Assembly (NCBI GenBank): GCA_043228905.1
Contig: JBHGNT010000012.1
Location: 15,066,001-15,130,000 of the forward strand
DNA from: Azolla caroliniana
Taxonomy: Eukaryota > Plantae > Polypodiophyta
Direction: 5' to 3'
DNA: 64,000 nucleotides
Positions within the stretch are counted from its first letter, which is position 1; each line of letters begins with the position of its first letter. The notes under the pieces were generated by a model. That model saw nothing but the letters and a program-made list of their open reading frames with translations, was not told the origin of the DNA and did no database searches. The position numbers and the translations under genes are program-made. Positions 52,505-64,000 of the stretch are shown in pieces.

Positions 52505-54001
52505 TTATACAATTGGTTCCAACTCCATGTTCACTTTGTTATCTTGCTCGATGACATCCAGAAAAACAGGATCGATCTTGATGTTGCTTTCGACATGAAC
52601 CTAGATACCAAAAAAAAAAATGAAGAATTAAAAATATAGTATGTAATGTCTGTCTGTCTCTCCATCCTTACTCTTCGTATTCGGAATGAAATGATTCAAA
52701 GGACGCAACATTCGTACCTCGAATCTGTGAGTCCATTTCCATAGCCTTGCATGTCCCTTGATGGTGACAACGGAAACCATGTCCATCTCTCGCTTTCTAA
52801 TATCAGAGATTAGTTGCTTTATGTTTTTGGTTACCTCGAGGCCGCTTATTTTCGCTGGCACCTCAATGATTTCAACACTATTTGGTCCTTGGCCTCCTGG
52901 CTCAACCTGTAAATCCACACACCATTATGTTGAAGGTAGCAGCAATATATAACACAACATTAACATAACAAATAAATGCAGCAACAAAATGCTCAGTTGA
53001 CATTTAAAAAAACAAAAGGTTATTTATTTAGGCTTGCAAGACATGGATTTGAATATAAATTCATCGTATGGAATGAATCCAATCCACCTTATTGGCTACT
53101 CTAAATTTGCCCTTCTAGCATATGGGCGAACACGTTTTTTGTATCTTGTCATTGTAAGGTGTTCAAATCCAACCCACCTTGTTAAAGATTCAATGGAAAC
53201 TTGCCATCTACCATCAAACATTAGTTACACATAGAGACATTGATCAGGTAAAAGAATCCAAACATTCGCTGAACATAACGTGCTAACCACAACAATATTC
53301 TGAAGTTCGGTACATCACAATCATGAAAGGTATGAATACAAATCCAACCAAGCCCTATTAGCCATTCAATGCATGCAAATTAAGGACATAATCGAATATC
53401 AATCGTGACCTAGTTAAATGGATGCACTATGAGTAATATCTTAGGTGAATTAGATATAAAAGAGTGCATGCCATATATAACCCAAATGATTGATTAAACC
53501 TAACATAACCCATACCATGACAGTAGTGGATCCAAATAACATATAATCCAATTCTTATCAGTTTTAATGCAGATATTGTTCACATGAGTGAAGATATGGA
53601 TCATTGATTTCCCCTAACACTATCCGTAAGATCGAAAGGACACGAATTGCATGATAGAATCATTAAGAGAGCTTCCATGCTCGATTGTTGTATAATCAAT
53701 CTATATAGAGGCTTGGACATACCTTGGCTTGGCCGAGGAGGTCACCAGCATAGAAGATGTCCATGGTGGTGCTAGTGTACTCGATGGGTGCGATATTAGG
53801 GTTGATGACCTTGATGGAAAGCGAGAGCTTGGAGTCGACAGTGGCCATGGCGTGGCGGGCCGAGAAGTGGACATGGAAGCCCTTGACATGGATGGAGAGA
53901 ACCTGAAAGATGGGGTCTCGGGGTCGATTCCTGTACAGAAAAGTTGCAACACCACCACATGAGGCCAACCCTAGACCACCCACAAGCATCACCATGGCCA
54001 T
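52505..54001 (-). CDS. LEA_2 (late embryogenesis abundant group 2/WHy-like) domain protein, 3 exons, ~187 aa
   Basis: Exons 54001-53723, 52906-52718, 52600-52505 with phase-0 GT-AG introns; N-terminal hydrophobic helix, PRDP.F, INPNIAPIEY, IDPVFLDVI. Confidence 0.88.
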
Positions 54002-54224
54002 GTCTCTCTAACAAGATGGGGTTTCTCCCAAAGCTTCTTGAGAAACCTAGACATCAATCAATTTCCCTCCATCTCTGTCTAAAACCCTAGCAGATCTTCA
54101 CCTTTCAATCTCCTACTTCTTCCTTCATCAATCATGTCTTGAGATCCACCTGCTTCATGCCAAGTGTCACCCCCCTCCCCCCCCTCCCATACACACACAA
54201 CTTCCACGAAAAACCCGATCTCCC

Positions 54225-54630
54225 CCGGTAATCACGAAGCCGAGGTCCCATAACTAAGTGATTTAAGGTTTAGGGTTTAGGGTTTAAGCTTACTAAGATC
54301 CGACCCATGGGCCGGTAATCACGAAGCCGAGGTCCCATAACTAAGTGATTTAAGGTTTAGGGTTTAGGGTTTAAGCTTACTAAGATCCGACCCATGGGCC
54401 GGTAATCACGAAGCCGAGTTCCCATAACTAACTAAGGTTTAGGGTTTAGGGTTTAAGCTTACTAAGGTCCAATCCAAGGGCCAGATATCACGAAGCCGAG
54501 TTCCCATAACTAAATGGTTTAAGGTTTAGGGTTTAGGGTTTAAGCTTTCTAAGGTCCGATCCAAGGGGTTTAGTGTTTAATGTTATTAAGGCCCGATTCA
54601 AATGGTTTAGGGTTTAAGCTTACTAAGGTC
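54225..54630. repeat. 87-bp minisatellite containing TTTAGGG (telo-box) repeats and TGGGCC
   Basis: Units start at 54225, 54312 and 54399, then degenerate. Confidence 0.9.
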
Positions 54631-54874
54631 CGATCCAATCGATGAAAACATTAAATTCTAATTCGTTACACGAGAAAAGGCGAGGCGAGAGGAAACGAAA
54701 AAACGAAAAACCGAAGCAATGGGAATTGATGGGGACTGCCTGATAGTTATGTAAAAGAAACCTTCGAGACACTAGCAACATTGGTTCGTGTCGATATTTA
54801 GCTAACTCAGATTCGGAAGCCACTTTATGATATGTGGCCAATACACTATATTACATAGACAAAAGAGACATGGT

Positions 54875-54948
54875 GGGGATAGAGGTTTAATTGGTATGAT
54901 TCTTGCTTGGGGTGCAAGAGGTCTCGAGTTCAATTCTTGGAATGCCTT
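54875..54948 (+). pseudogene. tRNA-Pro pseudogene
   Basis: GGTATGATTCTTGCTTGGGGTGCAAGAGGTCTCGAGTTCAATTCTTGGAATGCC; damaged 5' end. Confidence 0.75.
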
Positions 54949-55770
54949 GAACACAATAATATTACTAATAATGCAAGTTGAACATTTGAACACACTTTCA
55001 AGAGGTCTTTTTTCCTCTCAACCTATAAATAGTGAATATTCACTCATTTCTAGTTTACAAAAGAGAGGAGAGGAGTGTTTGCCTATCTATGTGAAGTAGA
55101 TTGTGACATAGAAAGTGCATGTTAAATGCTTGCTCACTTGATTTGAGATTGTGAAATGGAAGTTGCACGTTAGTCGCTTTCCATTGATCCTTGGTTGACA
55201 TACAATTGGTGGGCTATTTTTAGGGGCACATATATTATAGTGCTTTGTGGCCTACGATGATATTTTCATATACATAATTTTTGCCCGTGAACATAATAAT
55301 TGTGCCCAAGACCACCTAGTGAATAACATCCCAACTATCATTAGGCGCTTAAAGTTGCAATCAACAAAGTTTCATTACCACCTAATGCCTTCCCAAATGT
55401 CTGTCAAGTACCTTTAGTTCTTTTAGCTCCCATAGAAATGACTCTGTGATTGGAAAAGACCACCTTGAGATCCACAAATTTGATGGATACAACATCATCT
55501 TGTGGAAGAATAAGATGAGAGACGTTCTGACCATATATAATGTAAAATGATTCCATTTGGGCTCTGCTCTAGATGTGACCTACTTTAGTTATTCCATATA
55601 CTTTCCGTATCAAAAGGGAACCAACATTAACTTCTTTCTCTGGTATCGAAAATAGAGTTTATATAGAGAATCAACTTGTGATTCCACATATATCATGTGA
55701 AATGTTACACTTTTTGCCCTAGATGTTCTCCTACTGTACAATATTCTAGTTTTTAATTAGCAAGATACAA

Positions 55771-55843
55771 GGTTTTGTTATGTTGTTGGTGATCATGTTA
55801 GTCTAACACATAGAAGGTCTCTTGTTCGAGCTCGACGAAGCCA
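55771..55843 (+). pseudogene. tRNA-Val(AAC) pseudogene
   Basis: Degenerate Val sequence with the same 3' flank as array copies. Confidence 0.75.
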
Positions 55844-55980
55844 ACCTATGTTGCTTAAAGAAGAGCCATTGTTTAGTTGTTTTGGAGTATTGAAATCAAT
55901 AATTTACTTACCCAAACATCATTTTAAAAGATTCAACCTTGACTAGATTTGTGACCTAATTTATGTAGTTTGTGATTGTA

Positions 55981-56394
55981 TCATACGGTTTGGTTCGGTT
56001 TCTTGGCCTTGAAACCAAACCAAACCAAACCATTTATTTATATTAAAAACCAAACCAAACTGTTTAAATTTTATGAAGCCATTTAAACCAAACCATTTAT
56101 GAAAAATTTAGAACCAAACCAAATCAGTTTATCATAAATCAAAACCAAACCAAAACTATAACCCGATAAACCTATAAACCTATAAACCTTCAAAACTCTT
56201 AAACCTTAAAACCTTAAAACCAAACCACATAAGCCGAAACCGCTCAATCGTGAAAATCAAAACCAAACCGAAACCAAACCGGATCATAATATTTGAAGTC
56301 AAACCAAATGGTTTATTTATCTTTGAACCAATAAACTGTTAAGCCATGGCTTAACGATTCGGTTTGGTTTGAGCCGAAACCGTGCTCATTGCTA
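55981..56394. mobile_element. MITE-like element with AAACC repeats inserted in a Val ghost
   Basis: CGGTTTGGTTCGG / AAACCAAACC repeats; the empty site is visible in the paralogous segment near 57850. Confidence 0.6.
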
Positions 56395-57075
56395 ATCGTA
56401 TGACTCTAACATGTTGAAGGTTTTGAATTCGAGACCGATGGAGGCAATCCATGTTTAGAGAATAGGACCCTAAAATTTAGTTAGTTTTTTAGTTCCGAAA
56501 ATAACCATTGAATTGTACATTTAACATATAAAATGATATAAATTTTATTCCATTTGTATGAGAATGCATAGATAATTTTATTCTATTATATTGTGTGAGA
56601 ATTATTTTCTTTTTGTTTCGACATTTCTTTTACAAGAAAGATTCTAAAAACTAATGGTGACATATAAGAGCTTTACTTTCCTCTAAGGCATTTGGGCTAA
56701 TGGTGTAGTTCTTGCTTACGGTGCGGAGGACTTGAGTTTAATTCTGCTCCTCTTTAATATGAGAAGTAATTTAGTTGATAAGTATATATCTTATCATTAA
56801 GTTCGAACCCTAATCAAGCAATTTCTTCTAAATGTGTAGAAAATATTATTTTTGCAAGGAAATTTGCCCTAGTGCTATGATTCTTGCTTAGTGTGCAAGA
56901 GGTCCTAAGCTCTAATTTCAGAATTATGACCCCTGTTAATAATAGAGATTATCATGTTTATAATTGTAGAGTTGGTAATCCATGGATTTATTTGTTTTTC
57001 AATATATATTTTTACCCAAATACTTCAAATTCATGTCCAAAAATTCTTTTATATTTTTGATCTCTTCAATTGGAA

Positions 57076-57147
57076 GGCCATTTGATCTAGTGCTATGATT
57101 CTTGCTTAGGGTGTGAGAGGTCCCGAGTTCAATTCTCGGAATGCCTT
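57076..57147 (+). pseudogene. tRNA-Pro(AGG) pseudogene
   Basis: Pro body with mutated acceptor stem and D loop, intact T arm. Confidence 0.75.
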
Positions 57148-57645
57148 GAGTAAAATAATAGTACTATAATATTGTTAATTGAACATATTTACAATGTTCA
57201 CAATTGTATTTCTATGCATTGGCGCACCAACATATGTTTTAACATGGTGTCATGGTGTAGTTTGTGATCACATGCCGAAGGATCTCATATTTGAGTGCGA
57301 GGAAACCAATCCTTGTTTACAAAAGAGGAGGCAACGGTTAGTGCATTACATAGCTCCAGTTTGGACTCCAGTGAAGCCAAAGAGAACCAACATTAAGTTC
57401 TTTCTCTGGTATTGAAAATAGAGTATATAATGACAATCAACTTGTGATTGCACATATATCATGTGAAATGTTTATAGAATATATATTGAGAATCAACTTT
57501 TGATTGCACATATATCATGTGAAATGTTTATAGAATATATATTGAGAATCAACTTGTGATTGCACATATACCATGTGAAATGTTTTTGCCCCGGATTTTC
57601 TTCTATTTTATGTTATTGTATATTTTAATTTGTGATATATAACAA

Positions 57646-57719
57646 GCTTTCATGGTGTACTTGGTGATCACATTAGTCTAACACATTGAAGATCTTTGGT
57701 TCAAGCTCGGACAAAGCCA
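57646..57719 (+). pseudogene. tRNA-Val(AAC) pseudogene
   Basis: Val body with many C>T/G>A transitions. Confidence 0.75.
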
Positions 57720-58337
57720 ACCTATGTTGTTCACAAAAGGGCCATTGTTTAGTTGCTTTGGAATGTTGAAATCAATGGTTCACTACACAAACATCATTTA
57801 AAAAGATTCAATCTAGACTAGATATGTGACCTAGTTTATATTAATTTATGTAGTTGGTGACCGTATGACTCTAACATGCCAAAGGTCTCGGTGATCATAT
57901 AACTCTAACATTCCAAAGGTTTCTAATTCGAGACAGATGAATCTAACCATATTTACAAAACACCGGACTTTAACATTTAGTTAGTTTTTCAATACTGAGA
58001 ATAACCGTTGATTTGTATTTTTTAAATAGAAAATAATATAATTTTTATTCCATTTGTGTGAGAATGCATCTAATTTTATTTTATTATACCATGTGGGAAA
58101 TATTTTCTTTTTGTGGTATGATTTTTGCTTAGTGTGTGAGAGGTCCTAAGGTCTAATTTCAGAATGGCCCCAATTAATAATAGAGATAACCGTGTTTATA
58201 TTTGTAGTTGGTAATCCACGGATTTGTTGGTTTTTCCATTTCTTTTTACACTAATACTTCAAATTCACATCTAGAAATTCTTTCATGTTTTCAATATATC
58301 AGAAATCCTTTAATAAAATGTTTCATTCCAATGGGAA

Positions 58338-58409
58338 GGGCATTTGGTCTAGTGGTATGATTCTTGCTTAGGGTGCGAGAGGTCCCGAGTTCAATTCTCG
58401 GAATGCCCC
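58338..58409 (+). tRNA. tRNA-Pro(AGG), near-canonical
   Basis: Full cloverleaf, T stem CCGAG/CTCGG, one U-G pair in the anticodon stem. Confidence 0.85.
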
Positions 58410-58794
58410 GAAAACAAAAGTAGTAATAATAATGTTGTTAATTGAACATTTCAACACATTTTCAAGAGGTAATTTTTTTCTTCTCAACATATAAACGGTA
58501 AATACATATTTACTCGTTTCTAGTTTACAAATGAGTGTTTGCCTATCTATGTGAAGTAGATTGTGCATAGAAATTGCATGTTAAATGCTTGCTCTCTTGA
58601 TGTGAGATTGTGAAATGGATGTTGCGTGTTAGTTGCCTCCCATTGATCCTTGGCTGACATATGAGTGAGGGATTGTTTTTTGGGGGGATATACATAGTTA
58701 TTTGTAGCCTACGATGATAGTTGGGTATACATAATTTTTGCCGATGAAGATAGTTGTGCTTGAGACCACCTAGTGAGTAGCCCCAACTATCATT

Positions 58795-59678
58795 ATGCGC
58801 TTAAAGTTGCAATCAACAAAGTTTCATTACCACCTAATGGCTTCCCAAATGTCTGAGGAGTTGAGTACCTCACACGGTGGTTCCTTTAGTTCCCATAGAA
58901 ATTACTCTATGACGGGAAAAGACCACCTTGAGATCCATAAATTTGACAGATACAACTTCGCCTTGTGGAAGAATCAAAAGGCATCGTCTATTAAGTAGTG
59001 AAGCCAAGAGACTTGAAGACATGACCAATGGCAATTTGGAAGAGCTCGATTTCTTGGTAATGTCCACCATAAGAGCACCTTGCAAACAATGTATACTTCA
59101 TAGTCTTGGATTATGACTCGGTTGAAAAACTATGGACTAAACTATGTACTACTTATGAGAAAGAGACAACATCAAATACAATTTTTCTAATGAGAAAACT
59201 CTTTGATTTTCACATAGACATCGATAATGTCGCCTCTCATTTGAATGACTTTGATGCACTATGGTCCCAACTACAAGCTCAAAAAACTTCTATGGACGAT
59301 GTGCTAAAATGTGTCTCTCTTATGCATGTTGCATGCCTTGTGGGACACATTTTACTCTGTTGCTAGGAATATGCACTGAATGGAAAAGTAGTCTATAATC
59401 ACATGTGGAGCTCTATTGAGCAAAGAAATTCATATGAAATCTATGACTACATCACATAGTGGAGATGCGTACAATGTGTATGAGGTTGGTTCTCGCAAGA
59501 ACCAACAATGTGGTATGAACCAAACTAGGATCAATAGTGGAAACTAAGCAAGTCTAGGAAGAGAAACATTGAGTGTGATTATTTGCATAGGAAAGGAAAC
59601 TTCAAGAAAAATTGTTATGGCTTGAAAAATAAGGAAAAGGATAATGCTACATCCAAAGGTGATGGGCATGCAAGACAA
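58795..59678 (+). pseudogene. Degenerate Copia gag remnant (partial paralogue at ~55340-55530)
   Basis: IHKFDRYNFALWK, LWTKLCTTYEK..NTIFLMRKLF, decayed zinc knuckle near 59570-59620. Confidence 0.65.
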
Positions 59679-60803
59679 TGTAGTGGTCCCTCTTTATTAG
59701 AGACATAGACTAATGTAAGCATTAGATAAGGATAGAATATAGATGAATAGATAGATCTAAAAAGGAGAGAGAGAAAGAAGGGTGCCAATCCACCCGACCA
59801 CCCCCGAGCGAAGGGATCGAGATGGACTCGAGCCTCGATCGGCGTCCCATACCACCGTCGTGGCGTCGAGTTGTACCTGGTGCTGGCGCGCTGTCGGGGT
59901 AGTTGTGGTTCGTGCGACGAAGTCGCAGGGACGAAGGTTAAGGCGAGTTGAAGGAACTTAAATTTTAATAAGGCTTGTATGGTGATGTTAGAAAGGTTAA
60001 GAGTAGCAAGAAGAAGAGTTACGAGTAATGTGTGTGTGAGAGAGAGACGAGAATAGATAGAAGATAGAGACAAAATATGATTTAAGAAGGAAGATTGAGA
60101 CAAAGTATGAATCAAGAAGCAAGAGTATTTGATATAAACATGATGTATATTAAAAAGACAATATTTTACCAACTTTATAATCCTTGATTGCAAACTGAAC
60201 ACATTCTCTACAGACCCTTGATTTGAACCCACGATCTCAACTTCGAAACGAGAGATTCTCCACCCAATGGGCTAGTCTTCTTTACTTGATTGTATTATTT
60301 TCTCACTCTCTCTTGATTGATTTCTTGTTTTCCTTGCCCCTCTTTATATAAGTGTTGCCATGCATATGGTAATGTATGGGAGCATGGCATGCATGCAATG
60401 CATGAGTTACATGTAATGCATGATCGCCATTTGGCGCACATGTATTGCACATGATGCATGGTAGCCATCATGCTCACTTGAGCTCCCATGTATGAAAATA
60501 GATATGGGATAAGTATAATGATGAAAATGCATTCTAAAATAACTAACCTAGCTTAGTGGTATATACTTTGTGTTTGGCATAAAAGGTTGAGAGTTCAAGT
60601 CTCTTAATTTTACTTAATACAATATATAGCTTTATTCTTATATCATGAAGCACATTTATTACACACTTTTACAAATAAATAGCCTAGCCTAGTGGTATAT
60701 ACATTGTACTTCGTATATAAGGATGTGGGTTCAAGTCTCTCAAATATGATTAAATACAACATTTAAGCTCATTTTTATAACGTGAAGCACATTCTTCACG
60801 ACA
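59679..60803 (-). mobile_element. Solo-LTR-like element carrying tRNA-like A/B boxes (left boundary uncertain)
   Basis: Right terminus reads TGTCGTGAAGAA on minus, the same start as the Gypsy LTR at 61619; TATA-like motif near 60345; no clear TSD. Confidence 0.5.
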
Positions 60804-60907
60804 ATGCTCGCTACAAGAGTTGACCCACCACAAGACAAAGTCTCAACGTAGTCAACAAGATGATCAAATGAGGGTAGCTAGGCCTCTTATATATAGCGAT
60901 ACCCAAG

Positions 60908-63900
60908 TGTTACGGGCATGACCATATAATATCCCGTGGTGAGAATTTACCGTAGTATTCTATACACGTTGTCACGTTGCTACGCGCGTGCGTGGAGAAA
61001 CGAGGCGGGACCACCGGGGTCTTGAACCGAAGAGCAGGTGATAGGAGGGGAAAGAGAAAGAGAGAGAGACGACCGGTCACGTATGAGCAAAGAAACACAG
61101 GGACACGGCCCGTGAACGTAGAGAACACGAATGGACACAGAGACAGAGAGACACGAAAGTTTGTATATTAACAAATAACAAATACACAACAGAGCGCGCG
61201 AGCGGTTACAACCGACCAGGCCGGCGAACAGATGCCGATGCCTATTCGTCTGCGTGCGAAAGGGGATAGGATGGAGGTGCTGCCGGAAGCACACGAGCGT
61301 TCCTCGAAGCAGCGCGAGCCTCTCGAAAACCTGCAAAGAAGAGTGATAGAGAACAAACAGAGGAGAAGCGTTCGGTTACGGTCTGACAACACTTCATCCT
61401 CCTCAACGCGCGATCCCTTCTCCTTGCATCTCCCTTTCCTTTATATCCTCAAGAAGGGAGTCGTCTCCCTCATTTACTTTCTACCTACTGAATCTAACTA
61501 CCCCGGATATACCTATGTACCTAATTCCCTATTATATACATTAAGGGCACGCACGCGTGAAGAGCCGGTTCACGTGCGCTATGCACCGATTGCGCTAAGG
61601 GACGGTTTTCTTCACGACATCTGCCCCCACCTAACCGCGCATCCACTGGTATGCGCCAAAATTGGGTTCTGGTTGGAGAAAACCGGTTCGGGTTCTGGTT
61701 CTTCGTCCATCGGTTCGTCCTCCGCTTCGGACTGTTCGCCGTCGCTATCCAGGCCTCTTAGATCCGGTTCGCCGTCGTGGCGCTTCTTGAACGCTTTGAT
61801 CCGCTTCCCTGCTACCGGTATCGGCACCCTTGTACCGTCGAGTTCCGCCAGGTGATACGTCCCGTTGTTGTTGGCGCTCATTACCACGTAAGGCCCGAAC
61901 CACCGCTTCGCAAACTTCCCTGTTGCTCGGTGCTGGTTGTCGAGGCTGCTGTCGTAGACTAGCACCCAGTCGCCTTCCTCGATTTTCTTAGGTCGGAGCC
62001 GGTGTGTTCGGTCGAACCGGGCTTTGTTCTTCATCCTCGCCGTCCGAAGTCTCTCCGCCGCTCATTCCACGTCCTCTGGCCTCCGCTCGAGCTGCCGTAT
62101 ACGCGCCGCTAGCAGTTCTTCCCGGCTCATCTCGTCTCTCCAGTCCACTATTGCCCAAGAGGAGATCGTCTGTTCCATTGGCATGATTGGCTTCTGTCCG
62201 AACATGAGCTCTGACGGCATGAACCCTGTTACCGAACTGTGTGTTGTCCTGTCCGCCCACAAGGCATAAGGTAACAACTGTGGCCAGTTCCCGACCTGGC
62301 CTCCGCATGCCCGGACTAGTGCTTTGACGATCGGTCCATGTCCGCGCTCCACCTTCCCATTTGCCTCCGGATTGTACACTGTGGTGAGCGAGAGCTTGAC
62401 CCCTAACCGGTCGAACAGCTCCTCGGCCTCTTCGGCGTCCAACTCCCCACGGTCAACCACGATCTTCCTGACGTACCCGTACCGGCATATCACGTCCTCG
62501 ATCAGGAACCGACACACGGCCGCGGTCGTTTTGTTCTGCAGGGCTCGGCCTTCCACCTGGTTCGTTAGGTCCTCCCGGGCCAGCACCAGATATCGCATCT
62601 GCCCTACGCCCATCGGCATCGTCACCAAATCTACCATCCATTTGAAGTGGATGGCCGGAGGGTAAGTAGGATGAAGCTCGTCCCGATGTCGGACTATGGA
62701 GTGCATCTGACTGCTCTCACAAGTTGTCACGAACCGATGCACGTCCCGATACAGTCCTGACCACCAGTATTTCCCCTTTAGTTTCTCGAACGTGGCCCAC
62801 GTCCCACGGTGTCTAGCCCAGGGGCTGTCGTGGTAGGCCTTCAACAACTCCTCCTGTTCCTCCTTCATCGCCACTACTCAGAGCGGGATGCCGTTTCTCT
62901 TCTTCGGGTGCTTCCATAAGTATCCGTCCCGGAGAAAGAATCGGTATGCTTTCTTCCAGACCCGGTTGGCCTCGTTCTTTGTCCATGACACGTCCGGCGT
63001 CATCGTCCTCAAGAATCCCCCAATCTGCAGCCACTCCCCGTTGTACTTGCTCTCGTCGAAATCGTTAAGCGCCGGAGTGCTCCCTCCCTCGGTTGTTACG
63101 TAACCCGCCTCGAAGAAGTCCACGCTGACTTCCTCGTCCTCCGAAACCATGCCGCCCTCGTCGTCGAATCGCGCCCTTGAAAGCATGTTGGCCATGGCAT
63201 TGTCTTTCCCGGAAATGTGTCGTATTTCCGGATCCAGGGACTTGATGTATGCTATCCACCTGAGCATTGCCAGGTCCGGGGTTGCGCATTCGGAAACCAT
63301 GCCGAGAATTGGTAGGCAGTCCGTCTCGATAATCACCTCTGTCCCGATCAGATAGTCTTTATCGGCCTTCACCGCCGAAACGATACCCTAGAGTTCGCGT
63401 TTAACCTGGGTGTATCCTCGCTGTCGCTCGCTGAGGACCTTCGCGCCGAACCGGATTGGGAACCGAATGCCGTTCTCATCTTCTTGGTTGACAACCCATC
63501 CGATCCCGGTCGGACTCGTATCTACCGTTATGTAGACGGGAGTGCCTTTCTCGTAGACAGCCTTCCGGAGTGCCGGAGCTGCAGCAAGAGCCTCCTTCAT
63601 CTTTCGCACCGACTCCGTATGCTCGTCTCGCCACTCGAATTTTCGCCCCTTTTTCAACAACCCATATAGCGGCTCGGCAACGTGGGCGTAATACGGGATC
63701 CATATGTGGTAGAACGCGCATGCTCCCAAGAACCTCCGTACCTCCGTGACCGAGTTACAGTCGGAATTCATTGCGGAGATGGCTTCCACCTTAGTCGGAG
63801 ACGGTTTCCGGCCATACGGTCCGCATAGATGTCCGACGACCATGATCTCTGATTGCCCGAAGGCCGATTTTTCCCCGGAAAAGGTGTGCCTCGCGTCCTC

Positions 63901-64000
63901 TAGCCTCTGCAGCACCCTCTCACAGTCGTCAATGTGTGTCGCCACGAATTTCCGGCATCCGTCCGGTCCGATCGTTTCGTTCTTTTCTTCCACCGGACAT
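60908..64000 (-). mobile_element. Ty3/Gypsy LTR retrotransposon, 3' part (RT end, RNase H, integrase, PPT, 3' LTR 60908-61619)
   Basis: RT-RH-IN order: VRRFLG, TDC, HISGKDN, H..H..C zinc finger, YNPEANGKVER, WFGPY; purine tract GTGGGGGCAGA before TGTCGTG; in-frame stops. Confidence 0.92.

Noticed and set aside
54225-54630. True telomere or chromosome end
   Set aside because: Only 2-3 TTTAGGG per unit, embedded in a longer repeat with ordinary sequence on both sides
4827-58409. tRNA-derived SINE family
   Set aside because: Copies are full cloverleaves in tandem with shared flanks, without tails or TSDs, which indicates DNA-level duplication
59615-60232. 205-aa minus-strand ORF
   Set aside because: Low-complexity translation across an LTR-like region, with no domain or splice support

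Overview
Land-plant nuclear DNA, judged by spliced genes, Copia/Gypsy LTR retrotransposons and plant-type tRNA sequences; the species cannot be determined from the window. The dominant feature is a ~39-kb tandem array of tRNA-Pro/tRNA-Val genes (~4.8-44.0 kb, all on +). Its left part (4.8-16.6 kb) consists of heterogeneous ~1.2-kb monomers interrupted by two convergent Copia elements and a solo LTR. Its core (16.6-44.0 kb) is a near-identical 3,294-bp higher-order repeat (~8.3 copies). Each unit carries intact tRNA-Pro(AGG), intact tRNA-Val(AAC), an anticodon-switched tRNA-Val(CAC) on an AAC-type body, and decayed Pro/Val copies; the spacers themselves contain older tRNA ghosts. To the right lie an intact 7-exon amino acid permease (AAP) gene (+), a 3-exon LEA_2-family gene (-) with a telo-box/site-II minisatellite upstream, an older decayed layer of the same Pro/Val array (54.9-58.4 kb), Copia gag remnants, an LTR-like element with tRNA-like boxes, and the 3' part of a Gypsy element. 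Coordinates were counted by hand and may be off by a few bases.
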